Source: Octopus vulgaris (taxonomy: Eukaryota). From it: 64,000 nucleotides of DNA. Both the position numbers and the translations under genes were made by a program. Where the stretch lies: positions 5,146,001-5,210,000 of the forward strand of contig OX597832.1 of assembly GCA_951406725.2 (NCBI GenBank), read 5' to 3'. Position 1 is the first letter of the stretch. Each line of letters opens with the position of its first letter. This document shows positions 12,296 to 24,824 of this stretch, one piece after another. Below the pieces are notes generated by a model, which ran no database searches, had not been told where the DNA came from, and was given only the letters and a program-made list of their open reading frames with translations.

Positions 12296-12474
12296 TCGCC
12301 ATGATAGATCGCTAGCCACTACATGTTCTTTATTTTCTCTCCTTGTTTCTTTCTGTGGAAGAGTGTAGGCTTGAAACGTTAAAGGCTTTTTCACTTCCCT
12401 AGCTTTATACTAATACATCTGTTTGTTGTTTACACCACCTGTCTTTGTCTTTTTTTTTTTTGTGAATTCTCCCC

Positions 12475-12475
<1 letters not shown>
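12296..12475 (+). mobile_element. Short Penelope-terminus-like element with variant hammerhead, next to (TA)n
   Basis: TCTTT-CTGTGGA-A-GAGT gtag GCTT-GAAA-CG-TT-AAAGG at 12348-12385; same element inverted at 44210-44402 and 59552-59738. Confidence 0.65.
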
Positions 12476-12505
<30 letters not shown>

Positions 12506-14444
12506 AAGGGTCTTCTTTAATTGAACAGACATACCCAATGTATGTGCATTGCTTGTTCACCAGTTGTTTCTGATTTGATGCAGTGGAGATGACTCTCTTG
12601 AAGCACCTGGTGTTAGAGCACCTGTAAGTCATAGTCTTAGACAGATGAGACAACTCACCTTTAGTCCCATTCAGGAGCAATGGATTTCAATGTTTCACTG
12701 TTTTTGTGACTTATCAATGCCATGTACTTGAACCAACCTGAAAGCAAATTGAATAGCCTCACCATGATTATATGTAAAAATGGGTAAAAATCATCTGTTG
12801 CTATTCTCAAACAATGCCTACATAGGAATAGAGGCAAATATGAATTAGAAGCAGTGTGAGTGTTGTAAACATTATTGAACACACATACAAAATGTATGTG
12901 CTTTGTTTGTTTGCCAGTTGGCTGTGATTTGATGTGGTGGAGATGAATCTCTGAAAGCGTCAGCTGTTAAAACACCCCAAAGTCATAGTCATAGACAGGT
13001 AATATATTTATGTGTGTGTATGTGCTTGTCTTGGTGTCTATGTTTGTCCCTCCTCCCCCAACACCACCAGACAACTAGTGTTGGTATGTTTACATCCTGT
13101 AACTTGGCAGTTCAGCAAAAGTGACTGACAGAACAAGTACCAGACTTAAAAAACAAGTACTGGGGTTGATTCATTCGAGTAAAATTTCTTCAAGGTGGTG
13201 ACCCAGCATGGCTGTAGTCTAATGATTGAAACCAGTGAGAGATAAAAGATAGCCTGGAGAGAATTAATATTTGATGTTGTCAAGAAATTAACATAAATGA
13301 AATATCTTGTCCTTAGTTACAGAGCACTGCTAATAAGTATTAAGAGCATTTGTTTGAAAATGTCAAGACTGTATCATAACTTATCATCTATTCATGTGAC
13401 CTATTTTTGTACAAAGTCATGTATATATAGCTTTTGTTTAAAGATGTTATTATACTGTTCTTGTGTAGCCCAGTCCTACGTTGTTCATGTGTAACATATT
13501 TGAAAACAACTTTGACTGCTTTTAATTAGCAATACATTAGTTAAACTTATTCTTGTGTATATCTGGGGCAAGAATATCACCAGCTTTTGACCTATTAACT
13601 CTAGCTTTGAAGATACAACATACCCTTTATCATCATCATCATCATCATTTAATGTCTGTTTTCCATACGAGCATGGGTTGGATGGTTTGACAGGAGCTGG
13701 CCATGTTCCAATTGTCTGTTTTGGCATAGTTTCTGCAGCTGGAAGCCCTTCTTATCACCAACCACTCTACAGAATGTGCTGGTTGCTTTTTACATGCTAC
13801 CGCTATGAGTGCTTTTATGTGGCACCAGCATGATTGTATTTCACATGGCACTGGCATGAGTGCATTTTATGTGGCACTGATACCTGCAAGGCAAAAACCT
13901 CTCGGCTGGGAGAAAGAGTGGGGGCACAGCCACAAAGGACATGCCTCTATGTATGGATGCCCACGATTTTACAGAGGCAATGACCGAGACCCTTGGCATT
14001 ATGTTGTGCTTAAGAAGAAGACCCTACAAGCCAAGTAAAATCATAGTTATGACAGATATCGGTGTCATGCAAACGGCAGTTGTGCTGGTGGCCTGTAAAA
14101 GCACCTTTTGAGTGTTGGACCTCATGGAAGCAAGGACCAAGACCATTTGGCATTATGCCAGACTTCGAGCATTGGGCTTCATGGAGGCATTATGTTGTGC
14201 TGGAGAAGAAGACCCATTAAGCCAAGTAAAACTGCAGCTTGCCAGCCCTGGTCAAACCATCTAACCTATGCCAGTTAAATGATGATGATGATGATGAAAC
14301 CAAATTTCTCTCTGACCAAGAAGCATGTAGTTTCCGTGCCAGATTAAAGTTAATTCACTTGACTAACGCTCTCAAAATAGGACAGACATCATCATTTCCT
14401 ACTCCACCTTATACTATAATGACGAAAACAACAGCAATAATAAG

Positions 14445-15900
14445 ATAATTTTTTCTTTATTAGCCACAAGGGCTCAAAGTGATACACAAATAAACAAAGG
14501 AATGTTAAACAGTATTTACAAAGATATGTGAGGTGGGATGGATAAGTTATACAATGATGAAGGATGGGGTGAAATATGTTACCATGGATAACATCTTTCA
14601 TCAGCGGATGAATTGAAAATTTATAAAGCATAAATATTTACATGGAATAAATAAAGATGCATAATAAAACACACAATAATTAAAATGATATAGTTAATAT
14701 TATTAAAAGGAAATAAAACAAAAAAATTATTTTGAGTTCTCATCCACACATGGAAGAGAAAACTAGTGGGTAGGTTGAGCTAGAGCCTCTATCTGCCTAC
14801 CATTATTTGTACTACTGTCTTTTTCATCTGAAGGCACTTATTAATGGCTTTTCTTCTTCTTTTTTGAGTTGGTTGGGATAGATAATAATCCAAGTCTTCA
14901 GGATAACACTGTTTCAGTTTGTTGAAATTTCTGTATTGTTTTAACCAACAATCTGTCCTTTGTGTGTCTCCTGTATATCCCAACCCAACTGCACCTCTAT
15001 CATTTTAACATCAATGGAATATCTATGGTACCATAAGTATGTGATTTTGTGTATTAGCTGTTGTTTTACTTATTGTCTTCCTCTTCATTGATTTCATTAT
15101 TGCTCTGAGGAGGGCCATCATTATTATTTTAAAGAGGTTACTGATGACTTTCTTTTATCATTTTCTGTTTCCCCATTATAGTTTGAATACTTTCCTTTGT
15201 AACCATTATCTCTTCTTCTTCATGCAATGGAGTGGGGCTACTGGATTGGGAGTCAGTTCATTTGTTTCTATGACTAGGCATAAGATGATCTCCTTTGCTA
15301 TTCTTGCAATTATGACTGACGGTACTCTTGAAACTAGAGATTGCTGCTTTCCTTTCTTGTTTTCAATCCTAATTTTCCCTGTTCTTCAACAACATAGGTA
15401 GCAACAAGGCCTTTTCTCTTGCACCATTTGTCTTATTGCCCTCAACTCGGCACAACACTGGTATGGCCCTGTGGCCTTTGGAGACCATTAGGTCTTACAA
15501 ATCCATTTTGACACCCAATGAACATGTTGCTTCTCAGATGAGTTCTAACCATCCATCCATCTGCAATACAAAAGTAACCACCAGCTATGGATCCACATCA
15601 TTTCTAATGTTCTTTCTCGTCACCCTTGTATTTCTTTCCCCCATGTACTGAGGTAAAGTACATGCACAGAGGTATTTCTAACTATTTCAGCTAGTGTTTT
15701 TGCTAAGTTTTCATTCTTGAAAGTAAAGCAGACAGTACTCTTTAACTTAAATGAGAGAATTTCTTCTGAAATTTCATGTTCTGTTTGTTCTAATTGATGC
15801 TTCAATGGCCATCTTCTTTTTTAAACATAGATATATTATTTTTTTTTCTTTGCTTTCTTTCGGATTAGATCCTATAGCAAAAAGGCACTATCTGGTTTTA
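14445..15900 (-). mobile_element. Possible decayed L1/Tx1-like LINE (ORF1 remnants plus 3' end)
   Basis: Minus-strand Lys-rich remnants with KRPCCYLC zinc-knuckle-like motif near 15395-15420; ends in AATAAA plus A-rich tail near 14450. Confidence 0.35.
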
Positions 15901-16387
15901 CAAAATTCTCTCAACTAACTTCATTTTCTAGGTAAAACTAGCTTTAACACAGCATCTATATGAATCATTTAACATGTTTGTTTCTGTGCAAGTGTTGCTT
16001 CAGTTATTACTCTTCAAAATTATTTGTTAAACTGTTTGAAGTATTTTTCTTTTTATCAATTAAAATGTTCATTATTTTCTTATTTTTATTCATTCTGTGG
16101 TGCAGTTTTTTGCTGTCTTTTTGTATATTGTTTGTTGTAATATTTTGCTTTGTATAGTGGGCATATCTGTCAAAAATTCTGATGCAAAATGTAACCAAAA
16201 TGTGTAAATGAATAAAGTGCATAAAAGCAATCCATCAGGGGAGTGGGGGTGGATCTACTCCTGGGTATTGGGGCAAATTGTTTTCAGATAAAATCTTTTA
16301 CACCAAGCACTCCCAGAAAAATTTTCACTTGATAGTGCTTAAATAAAGTTATGTCTCAGAGAGACATCTTTACACTATGAGAAGCAC

Positions 16388-16812
16388 TAATAATAATAAT
16401 AATAATAATGTTAATAACACCATAAGGAGGTCCTTTTTCCATTCACCAAAGTGAACAGAACTTTAGCCAGGAGGAAGAGATGGTATTCAATGGTCATTGG
16501 GTGTTTCAACCCTGAACCATAACACCCTCCCATTGGTGGGTTAGCAGAGGTGGTCAAGTCACTGCTCCTCCTGGCTTCCAGCTTAACTCTTCGCTCTTGC
16601 TCCAAAGCCAACAAGATGCTCTTTCAGCTACCTCTCCCATCCTGTGCACAGCCACCCATTGCTCCTTTCCTCTCATTCCAATGGCTATAAGCATCCTCCA
16701 TGCCGACTGAGCAGGGAATCCCCTAAAGCCAGCCTTGACTGGGAAAAGCCATACCTGCCATCCATTCTCCCTGCAATCCTGCAGAAGGCTCTCATATTTG
16801 GTACACTCCCAT
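16388..16812 (-). mobile_element. 3' end of a Hero/NeSL-type restriction-endonuclease LINE
   Basis: Open minus frame ECTKYESLLQDCRENGWQVWLFPVKAGFRGFPAQSAWRMLIAIGMRGKEQWVAVHRMGEVAERASCWLWSKSEELSWKPGGAVT* (cf. K..KY and VEVGCRGF motifs), followed by a (TTA)n tail. Confidence 0.75.
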
Positions 16813-16821
16813 TCTTTCTAC

Positions 16822-17166
16822 TATAGGTATAAGGCCTGAAATTTTTGGTGGGATGGGGCTAGGCAGTTACATCAACCCCAGTTGTCTTGCTTCCATGAGG
16901 TCCAACACTCAAAAGGTGCTTTTACAGGCCACCAGCACAACTGCCGTTTGCATGACACCGATATCTGTCATAACTATGATTTTACTTGGCTTGTAGGGTC
17001 TTCTTCTTAAGCACAACATAATGCCAAGGGTCTCGGTCATTGCCTCCTGGTACTTATCTTATCAACCCCGCTCCCAAAATAAAAGGTAAAGTTGACTTTG
17101 GTAGAATTTGAACTCAGAACATAAGGATGGATGAAATGCTGCTAAGCATTTTGTCCAGTGTATTAA
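16822..17166 (-). mobile_element. Nin-domain-like SINE interrupted by a 161-bp inverted copy of 13974-14134
   Basis: SINE sequence aaccccag...ctggtacttat is split by the insert at 16886-17046. Confidence 0.85.
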
Positions 17167-17293
17167 TGATGATGATGGTGATAATAATAATAAGAAGAAA
17201 AGAAGGCCCTTAATATCCCAAAATAACATTTCTGTGTAAAAGCAATTTTTCTACGTTTTAAACTCAGAATCTTATTGCTCTTTTATTATTTAG

Positions 17294-17377
17294 CTTTTTA
17301 CAGATGCAATTGAAGCTGCAGTTGGATATAAACTGAACACAACTGACTTTCTTGATAAAGTGATGAGAGAACTGGAG
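17294..17377 (+). CDS. RABL2: Rab-like protein 2 (RABL2), penultimate coding exon (84 nt, phase 0/0)
   Basis: ttttattatttag|CTT...GAG|gtaaga; encodes LFTDAIEAAVGYKLNTTDFLDKVMRELE, 16/28 identical to the remembered human RABL2 segment LFNDAIRLAVSYKQNSQDFMDEIFQELE. Confidence 0.85.
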
Positions 17378-17887
17378 GTAAGATAATTAGAATATTTCAA
17401 AATTAAAATGATTTATTTTGATTAGAAAAGAAGGCTGTTTATTTTTTTTGTAGGGGATAAATGTAGATGGTTCACATGAATTTGTTATGTTAGCAACACT
17501 TCTAGTAGAAGCATGATATGCAATAGAGCTAGATATTGCAAAGAATCTAGAGAATTTCTTGTTTTAAATAAATGATAAAGTATGTACAAAGTGAATCATA
17601 ACAATAATTATACAAAACTAAAATGGAACTAATAGTAAAAAGTTGTGCAGCTTGGTGCCTGGAAGAAAATCGGTTTATTATACACTCTGTTAGCTACTAC
17701 TCTCAATTTCACATTATTTTAATTTTGATTCCATATGTATTTCTTAAGTTATCTTTAGAGAAAGAAATGCAGTTTAGATTATTTCAAATTGCATGCACTC
17801 TAGCTCCCTCAAATTTATACAATAAATATTTCTGTGCTTTTGACTGAGTTGAGAGAAAAAATATTTGAGCAATAAGGTAAATAAGTC

Positions 17888-18100
17888 TTTCTACTATAAG
17901 CATTAAGCCTGAAATTTTAGGGGAGTGGTTAGTCAATTACATTGACCCTAATTCTCAGCTGTTACTTATTTCATCAACCCTGAAAGGATAAAAGGTAAGG
18001 TTGATCCTGGCAGAATTTGAATTCAGAATGTAAAGATGGATGAAATGTTGCTAAGTGTTTTGTCCAGTGAATCAATGATTCTGACAGCTTGCTGCTTTAC
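17888..18100 (-). mobile_element. Nin-domain-like SINE
   Basis: Reverse complement of the 978-2050 unit; further copies near 18690-18900 (-), 28960-29130 (+) and 36340-36556 (-). Confidence 0.75.
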
Positions 18101-19089
18101 CAAAATAAATAATAATATCTAGTTACATATTCTCTATGTTCTGAATTAAGGTCCCATAGGGGTCAACTTTGCAATTCCTAGAATAATGGATAAAGAGAAT
18201 ATATACCAGGGATGTATTAATTAAACTTTTATCAATAAAAAAATAGATCAGATCACTGGAAAAAAAAATTTGTTATTTAGTTACATTTACATTCCTAGCT
18301 TAAATAATTCAGAGGGAGGGGGGATATCATTGATAAATTAATTATCAGTCAAATATTGGCATTAATCAGTTACATACTCCCCAAAATGTGACACCTTAAG
18401 GTCCTAGATTCAATTCCAAAGCAATTTATTTCATGTGATTCAGTTTACTCAGCTGTAATATGGGCCAGCCAAATTCTTGTACAGCCCTCTCTTCTTCCAG
18501 TTGTCACATCCAGTATGTCCTCTGGATCAAGAGCAAGAGTATTTTTTTGTTTTTTAGTCAAGAGAGAAGGCATTGCCCATGACTCTTTATTGGGGATCTG
18601 AGACTGGTGAGAGGGAGACAAGAAGATATCATTAAACCAGAGAGCTGGCCTGAATGCTTCAAACAGATTGAACTCCACTTAAGGCACCAACAGTGCCAAA
18701 CAGGCCTTGGCAGGATTTGAATTTAGAACACAAAGAGTTGGAACAAAAACCAGAAGGCATCCTATCCAACATGTTTACAGTTCTGCTTGTCTGCTGCCCA
18801 GGATAGGTACTTTTTTTTACTGCTCCTGAAAGGATGTAAGGTAAAGATGGAATAAAGATGAAGCATTCTATACAATGCTCTAACAGCTCTGCCAATTTCA
18901 TCTTCTTACAACTCTATAAACACTTACAATAATTAGTGAAAGGCTGGTACATGTTACTAACAATGTATGGTGGTTGGCTGTACTTTGTTTTATTTGTGCA
19001 AATATCAGAAACCAGTATCTATTAAACTGCTAGAACTCATTAGATTATGTAGTCTTAGGTACATCATTGTTACCCCTTGTCTCTGCCTT

Positions 19090-21170
19090 ACATTACTACA
19101 TTAATAACACCAACTATGTTCTAAACCTCTTCAGTACTGTCTCATTTGTCCCTAAATTTTCAAAACTTTCTTTTTACCATAGACTTGAAACCTCTATTTA
19201 CATTTGTCCCCTGTAATGGCAACCTGTCAGTTTTAAAATACTTCCTGGACTGCCTTACCCTATTCCAACCCAGCACTACCCCAACCTCAGCTTAGTTGAA
19301 CTCATTCTCACACTCAGTTTCTCCTTTTCTACGAATTTTTACCCGCACAAAATCTGGGGTAATAGTGGGCACTTAGCTATGTAAATTTCTCTGTAGATCA
19401 TATCAAGGCCTAGGGTTTTGCTTAATGCATTGAGCCTGCCCCCAAGTTCCAAGATTGCTAAATTGATAACTGCACTGACACTATTAAAGGCGGTACTCCA
19501 GCATAGCCACAGTCAAATGACTGAAACAAGTGAAAGAGACACTCCCTCTTTTATAAGAGCTGAATTAAACTGTTTCATCTACATGAAAACATTTCACTCT
19601 GCAGTGGTATCAATTTCCAAGACATCTTTATAACTATTGGCATCATTTATCTGTATATACGTACAAGTACATTATTCCAATGGTTCTTGATGTAACCCTG
19701 CATATACCAAATCCATTATCTTCATCTCCCAATTCCTCCATCTTCACTGATGTGTAGCAAAGAGTCTTGACTTCCACTCTAAATTAGAGATGTAACATTT
19801 CTTCAGATGGCTACACTTCACTGAGCCAGAGCTGCCATCTATGCCAGTGATTCCCAAACTTTTACAGGCTGCTGCCCCGCTTGGCACACAGACCACATCC
19901 CCCCCCCAACCACTACCACAAATTCAAAACAATTGTATTTCACAAATAAAACTTAACCTAATCAATCCATTTTTTTTTTTACAAACATCGCCCCCTTTTG
20001 GCCACCCCATTATTCCACTTTTCTTCAGTGCCCCCTTGCACCTTTCCACTGCCCTCAAGGGAGCAGTACCACCCACTTTGCTACAAGATTCATATGAGAC
20101 ATGCCTACATCTAAAGATCAAATTTCCTTTCTTTTACCTTCTACCAATTAAAAATTCACATGTAATTTACAGTTTCTATTCTTCAACCATGTAACCTTAC
20201 CTATTTTTTTTTATTTCACTACTTCTTTAAAAGAGACAAAAATCTCAGGGACAACCCCACCCAGCCTGATACATTCAAACACCATGACCACAGCCAAAAT
20301 CCTAAAATGAGATCATTCAAAACTTTAGTTGCATTTCTGTCAACTTCATCTACTGAATAACAGCACAGTAATGTGCTATACATTAGGTAAAATAAGATCC
20401 TGTTTAGGTAATGGCTTCTGCAAATATTTTCATAGTATTTGCCACCACATTCAGGGCAAATCTGAAGCTCACTGTTCTAATTCACCTGGCCTCTCTGCAG
20501 TCTGTGGTATCCTGAATTTCTGAACACCAGTCTGCTACATTCTCATGAACAAAAAGAAGTAACTTATCATACCTGTCACTCCTATACCTATAAACCTTAA
20601 TAAACAATTCTCTCACCTCATTTCATTCCATTCATTAACCAACTAATGTGTATTTTCATCAGGACTATCACCACTACTCTGCTCTTTATTAAGCACTGTC
20701 TATTGATTTGTATCTGTACATGAGTACTATTTTATTCCTTTCATTGACACATCACAATCCCCACCCACTACACTTAATTTTGTCACCTCTGTCCAGTGAC
20801 CTGTCTACACACCTACATTACTGATTCACTAAATATATATCTAACCTTTTAGCATTCAGATTTTTCTGTCTAATGTAATACTTATTTATTCACATAATTT
20901 TGAATTAATCATGCATTATCTCATAGCTTTGGGATTTTGATGATATGATTGTTTATTTTTAGAATGACTATATGATAGGTGTGAGAGGCTGGTTTGAACA
21001 TAAAACAGAATATTTGGACCAGATATGGCCAGTTTAAATGCTAAAGGATTAATATACAATCTGTATCTACTTTACATGTTTACTCCAAACCTCACTTATC
21101 TAACCCCTTAGCTGCAAAATAATTTCACTTTCTCACAGAAAGGGTCAGTTCTAAAAACATCAAATTTCAC
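19090..21170 (+). mobile_element. Highly decayed Penelope-like element with nested SINE fragment, hAT MITE (19845-20080) and piggyBac MITE
   Basis: FTIDLKPLFTFVP (cf. PLE FTMDVxSLYTxIP) and LVELILT remnants; degenerate hammerhead-like end near 21130-21165. Confidence 0.5.
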
Positions 21171-22285
21171 TTTTCTCTATAGCATACAAACTCATCAAAA
21201 CTAAATAAATTTCACTGCATAATTTTATATACTATACATGGAAAAAATGGGATGATCATAGTCAGATTGTCTTTCACCATAAGTCTACTTATCAGGCATT
21301 GCCTAGAACTAAAAAGAAAACATTTAAATATTTTTTTAAGCTGTCAGGAGTTCGATATGTTTGTTATCTATTATGCATGGAATCACTCAGTCATTGAAAC
21401 ATATCCATTTATATATAGTTGTTCACAGAACCAAAAATGCAACTGCAATTCATCCCATGCATAAATAACACATATCATTTAGCATCTGTCTTCCATGCTG
21501 ACATGGGTTGGACTGTTTGACTGGAACTGGTAAGCTGTAGAGCTGCACCAGGCTCCAGTATGTTTTGGTTTGGTTTCTACAGCTGGATGCCCTTCCTAAT
21601 GCCAACCACTTTACAGTGTACCAGGTTCTTTTTACGTGTCACTGGTACACCCTCCAAATATAATGGTTTGTTATCTCTTAAGATTTCTCTTGACAAACAT
21701 AAAAGATCAGGGTTTCTTCTCAGAGCAGAAAGTTCATCAACTCTGAACATCAGCTGGTCCTGTACATTGATTCTTCTACACTGGAGTGTGTCAAAATATT
21801 ATCCATACTCATTTGTATTCTGGACAATTTTCCAATAAAATCAATCTTCTAGATAAAGAAGCCAATCGTTTTCCCCCTGTCATTTTAATTTAATACTTAT
21901 CTGACTTACCTAACCTACTTCTGTTTCCTGTTACCCCTACTATAAAACACTTTTTCTGTAGAACCCACTTCTGATCAACTGACCTTTAAAAGTTCAAACT
22001 GAATATTATTATTGAATTTCTAGAAAGACAAATAAACACTGCCTCTCTTCCTTTGATAAAATATATGCTGTTTATCCCCAGATTGGTTTTGATGGAGCAG
22101 ATGATCAATGTTGCCTGTAAGCTGTGTATTTCGTTTAAATGCCCATTTGCTGTGGGATAGTGTCCAGGGAGTTGTCTCATCTGGTGTAGGACACTTGGTG
22201 TTCTTTAACACTCAGTGTCATGTAAGGAGCTTTTGCTGGACACCGTCCTGCAGTAAGTGGGCATTTAAACAAATCACATAAACAT

Positions 22286-22548
22286 ATATCTTTTATTTGT
22301 TTCAGTCATTTGACTGCAACTATCCTGGGGCACTGCTTTGAAAGGTTTTAGTTGAACAGGACTTACTTTTTAAATTCTAGTACTTATTCTTATTGGTATC
22401 TCTTGCTGAACCACTAACTTACGGTGATGTAAACACACCAACACCAGTTGTCAAGCAGTGGTAGGAGGACAAAGACACACATATTTATATCCACACTGTA
22501 GAACTGAACCTGCAACCATGTGGTTGGGAAGCAAGCTTCTTACCACAT
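22286..22548 (-). mobile_element. CORE-like tRNA SINE, internally deleted
   Basis: Reverse complement of the family at 59380-59990. Confidence 0.75.
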
Positions 22549-23246
22549 GTTTTTGCGTAATAGACTGGAAAGTGTGGTATATTTTACTTACTCTGCAAAT
22601 ATGATTAACCAGAAATTTCAACTAGTATGTATGTATGCCTCATTTATAATAATCCATATACATACATTTCATTATTTGAATATACAGATGTACTTCACAA
22701 GGACAGTGTGGATTTTAACCCCTTTATATATATATATCATGCAGTGAACTGGCAGATGTTATTAATGTCAGAATGGTTTGCAGTTTTGTTTAATTCCCAC
22801 CAAAGTCAACTTTATCTACTGAGCTTGAAAGAAGGAAAGCCAAAATACCAGTACAAGGCTATGACTTAGTGAAACTGTCAGAGCATTAGACAGGATTCCT
22901 TGCAGTATCTGTTCTGACTGTACATTCTGAGCTCAAATCCTGACTCTCGTAACCAGAAGAAAAAATAAATTATTGAGATATCTGTCAGTTGTTCTGACCA
23001 ACAGAGAATATCAGCAATGGGAACCGTATCCTTAGTTTGATTTTAGAAGCTACATATACACATGTACAAGCAACACAATATATCTTGCATTGAGCAATAT
23101 TGTAGTTCTCATAATATAGCCAGTAGCTTATATTTTCTCAGTTAAACTATATAACACTGATACACTTTTTTATTTTTTTATAGGACTTTGTTTTCCAGTT
23201 CTGCCTGAAAAATTATTCAATATTAGCTTGGTTTTTGTTTTTTCAG

Positions 23247-23306
23247 AGTTTTGATGTTGAAGATGAAGGAAACCTTAGTTTGACAGATGAACAAAAGAAA
23301 ATTTAA
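23247..23306 (+). CDS. RABL2: RABL2 terminal coding exon
   Basis: gtttttgttttttcag|AGT TTT GAT...ATT TAA; SFDVEDEGNLSLTDEQKKI*; phase 0 fits the upstream exon; acidic tail like human NFSLEQEEE; no CAAX, as expected for RABL2. Confidence 0.78.
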   Translation, partial: SFDVEDEGNLSLTDEQKKI

Positions 23307-23463
23307 ATTTAAAAGTCAAAAGTCAATTATTTTCAATATTGTGTAATGTGTTATTTATTTTATGACTTACTTCCTAGGAGTATCAACTGAAGTGCTTTTA
23401 AGAAGTAGATTGTAAAATAAACAGCTCATCACTTAGGACAAATTTCAGCTATTTTCCAATGTC

Positions 23464-23469
23464 AATAAA
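23464..23469 (+). terminator. Candidate RABL2 polyadenylation signal AATAAA (others near 23664 and 23763)
   Basis: First AATAAA about 160 nt after the stop; AT-rich context gives low specificity. Confidence 0.3.
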
Positions 23470-24824
23470 ATAAGGAAAGTTTATACAACTTTACACTTTT
23501 AGTTTTGTTAAGAATACCAGAATAGTTGGTTTATGTCTTAGTGTTTTGAAGAATACAAAACTTTTCACAACTCTTCTTTATACAAAATATCTGTTATGTA
23601 CTTATATAGCTGTTATAATTAAAACAGAATTGTGAATAACTAAATTGATAAAACCTTCTAAAAAATAAAATGTATCAAAAAAATTTTGATTTATATTAAT
23701 TATTAATTGATACTAATCAAAATGAAAATTTAGGAAATTGTGTTTAATTTATTTATTTATGAAATAAAATTACATTTTATTTAATTAAATATCTTCTAAT
23801 GGAATCAAGAGAATTTGAGAGGATATAAAACAAAATCGTTCAACACCAGAAAAATTTCAAGTAAAATAATAACTATGGCAAGAGAAAGCATTGAAAACTT
23901 TAAAACTTTCTATATCAACAACAGTGACATAATGAAGGATTATGAAGAGATATTTCTCTAAATCATATGGAAAATCTTCCAAAATTGAACAAACAAGCAA
24001 TTACAGATGGAACATCTTTTTTAGAGGGCAAGATCATATTTATTTTGGAAGCGCTGTTAAAAGGGTATATGGAATATACTTCTAAAATGAAAGGTTGCAA
24101 TTTTCGTTAACAGTATCACTTGAATATTTATAGAGATTAAATAAAATATTTAAAATGTGAAGTAACTGATTATAAATATAATAGAACTAATAGTTTTATT
24201 ATATTTACTAATAAATAAAATATTTTTTAATATTCAATAATTTGTCAAAAAACAATATCCAGTGTGTGTGCTGGTTGTATAATGCATTATTATATACACT
24301 GTGGGGGTTATGGTTCCAATATTGGGAAGTTAGAAAAAACAAAAAAGTTCATTTAGAAGTTGATTTGCAATATAACTGTGAAATTTTACTTGAAATATAG
24401 GAATTTACTTATAAAGTAAATCAGTTAATTATAAGAAACCTGAAGATTATCATGGATTAATAACTGCTGTAGTAGAAAAAAAAGTTTTATATAAATTTTA
24501 ATACTATTTTAGAATATATTGTGTTTTCATAAATGATTCAAGCTGCAGTCTAACGTTATACGTATATGTGTGTGTATGTGTTAAGATAATTCAACATTTT
24601 ATAGAACTTCCCAATAGATATAACTTTATCTATTAGCTTTGGTTTCCTATTTCCAGCATTAGCTTCGGTTCAACGGTAGGTTAATAATAGTAGTTCTAGA
24701 ATAGCATATAACGAGTAAGAAACCAAGCAAGTCACCTGAATTTCTCTATCACAGTCAGAACTCAATTCCAGTACTATTCACAGACTTAATATACAGCAAC
24801 ATACATTTCAATAAGGTAAAGACA

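Noticed and set aside
1-17293. Upstream RABL2 exons (expected ..VSAADGTNVVK)
   Set aside because: No matching exon recognised by eye; probably before the window, though a diverged small exon could have been missed
17301-17304. Alternative acceptor tttttacag|ATG for the RABL2 exon
   Set aside because: The upstream tag at 17291-17293 preserves the homologous LF(T/N)D residues and gives a phase-0 84-nt exon
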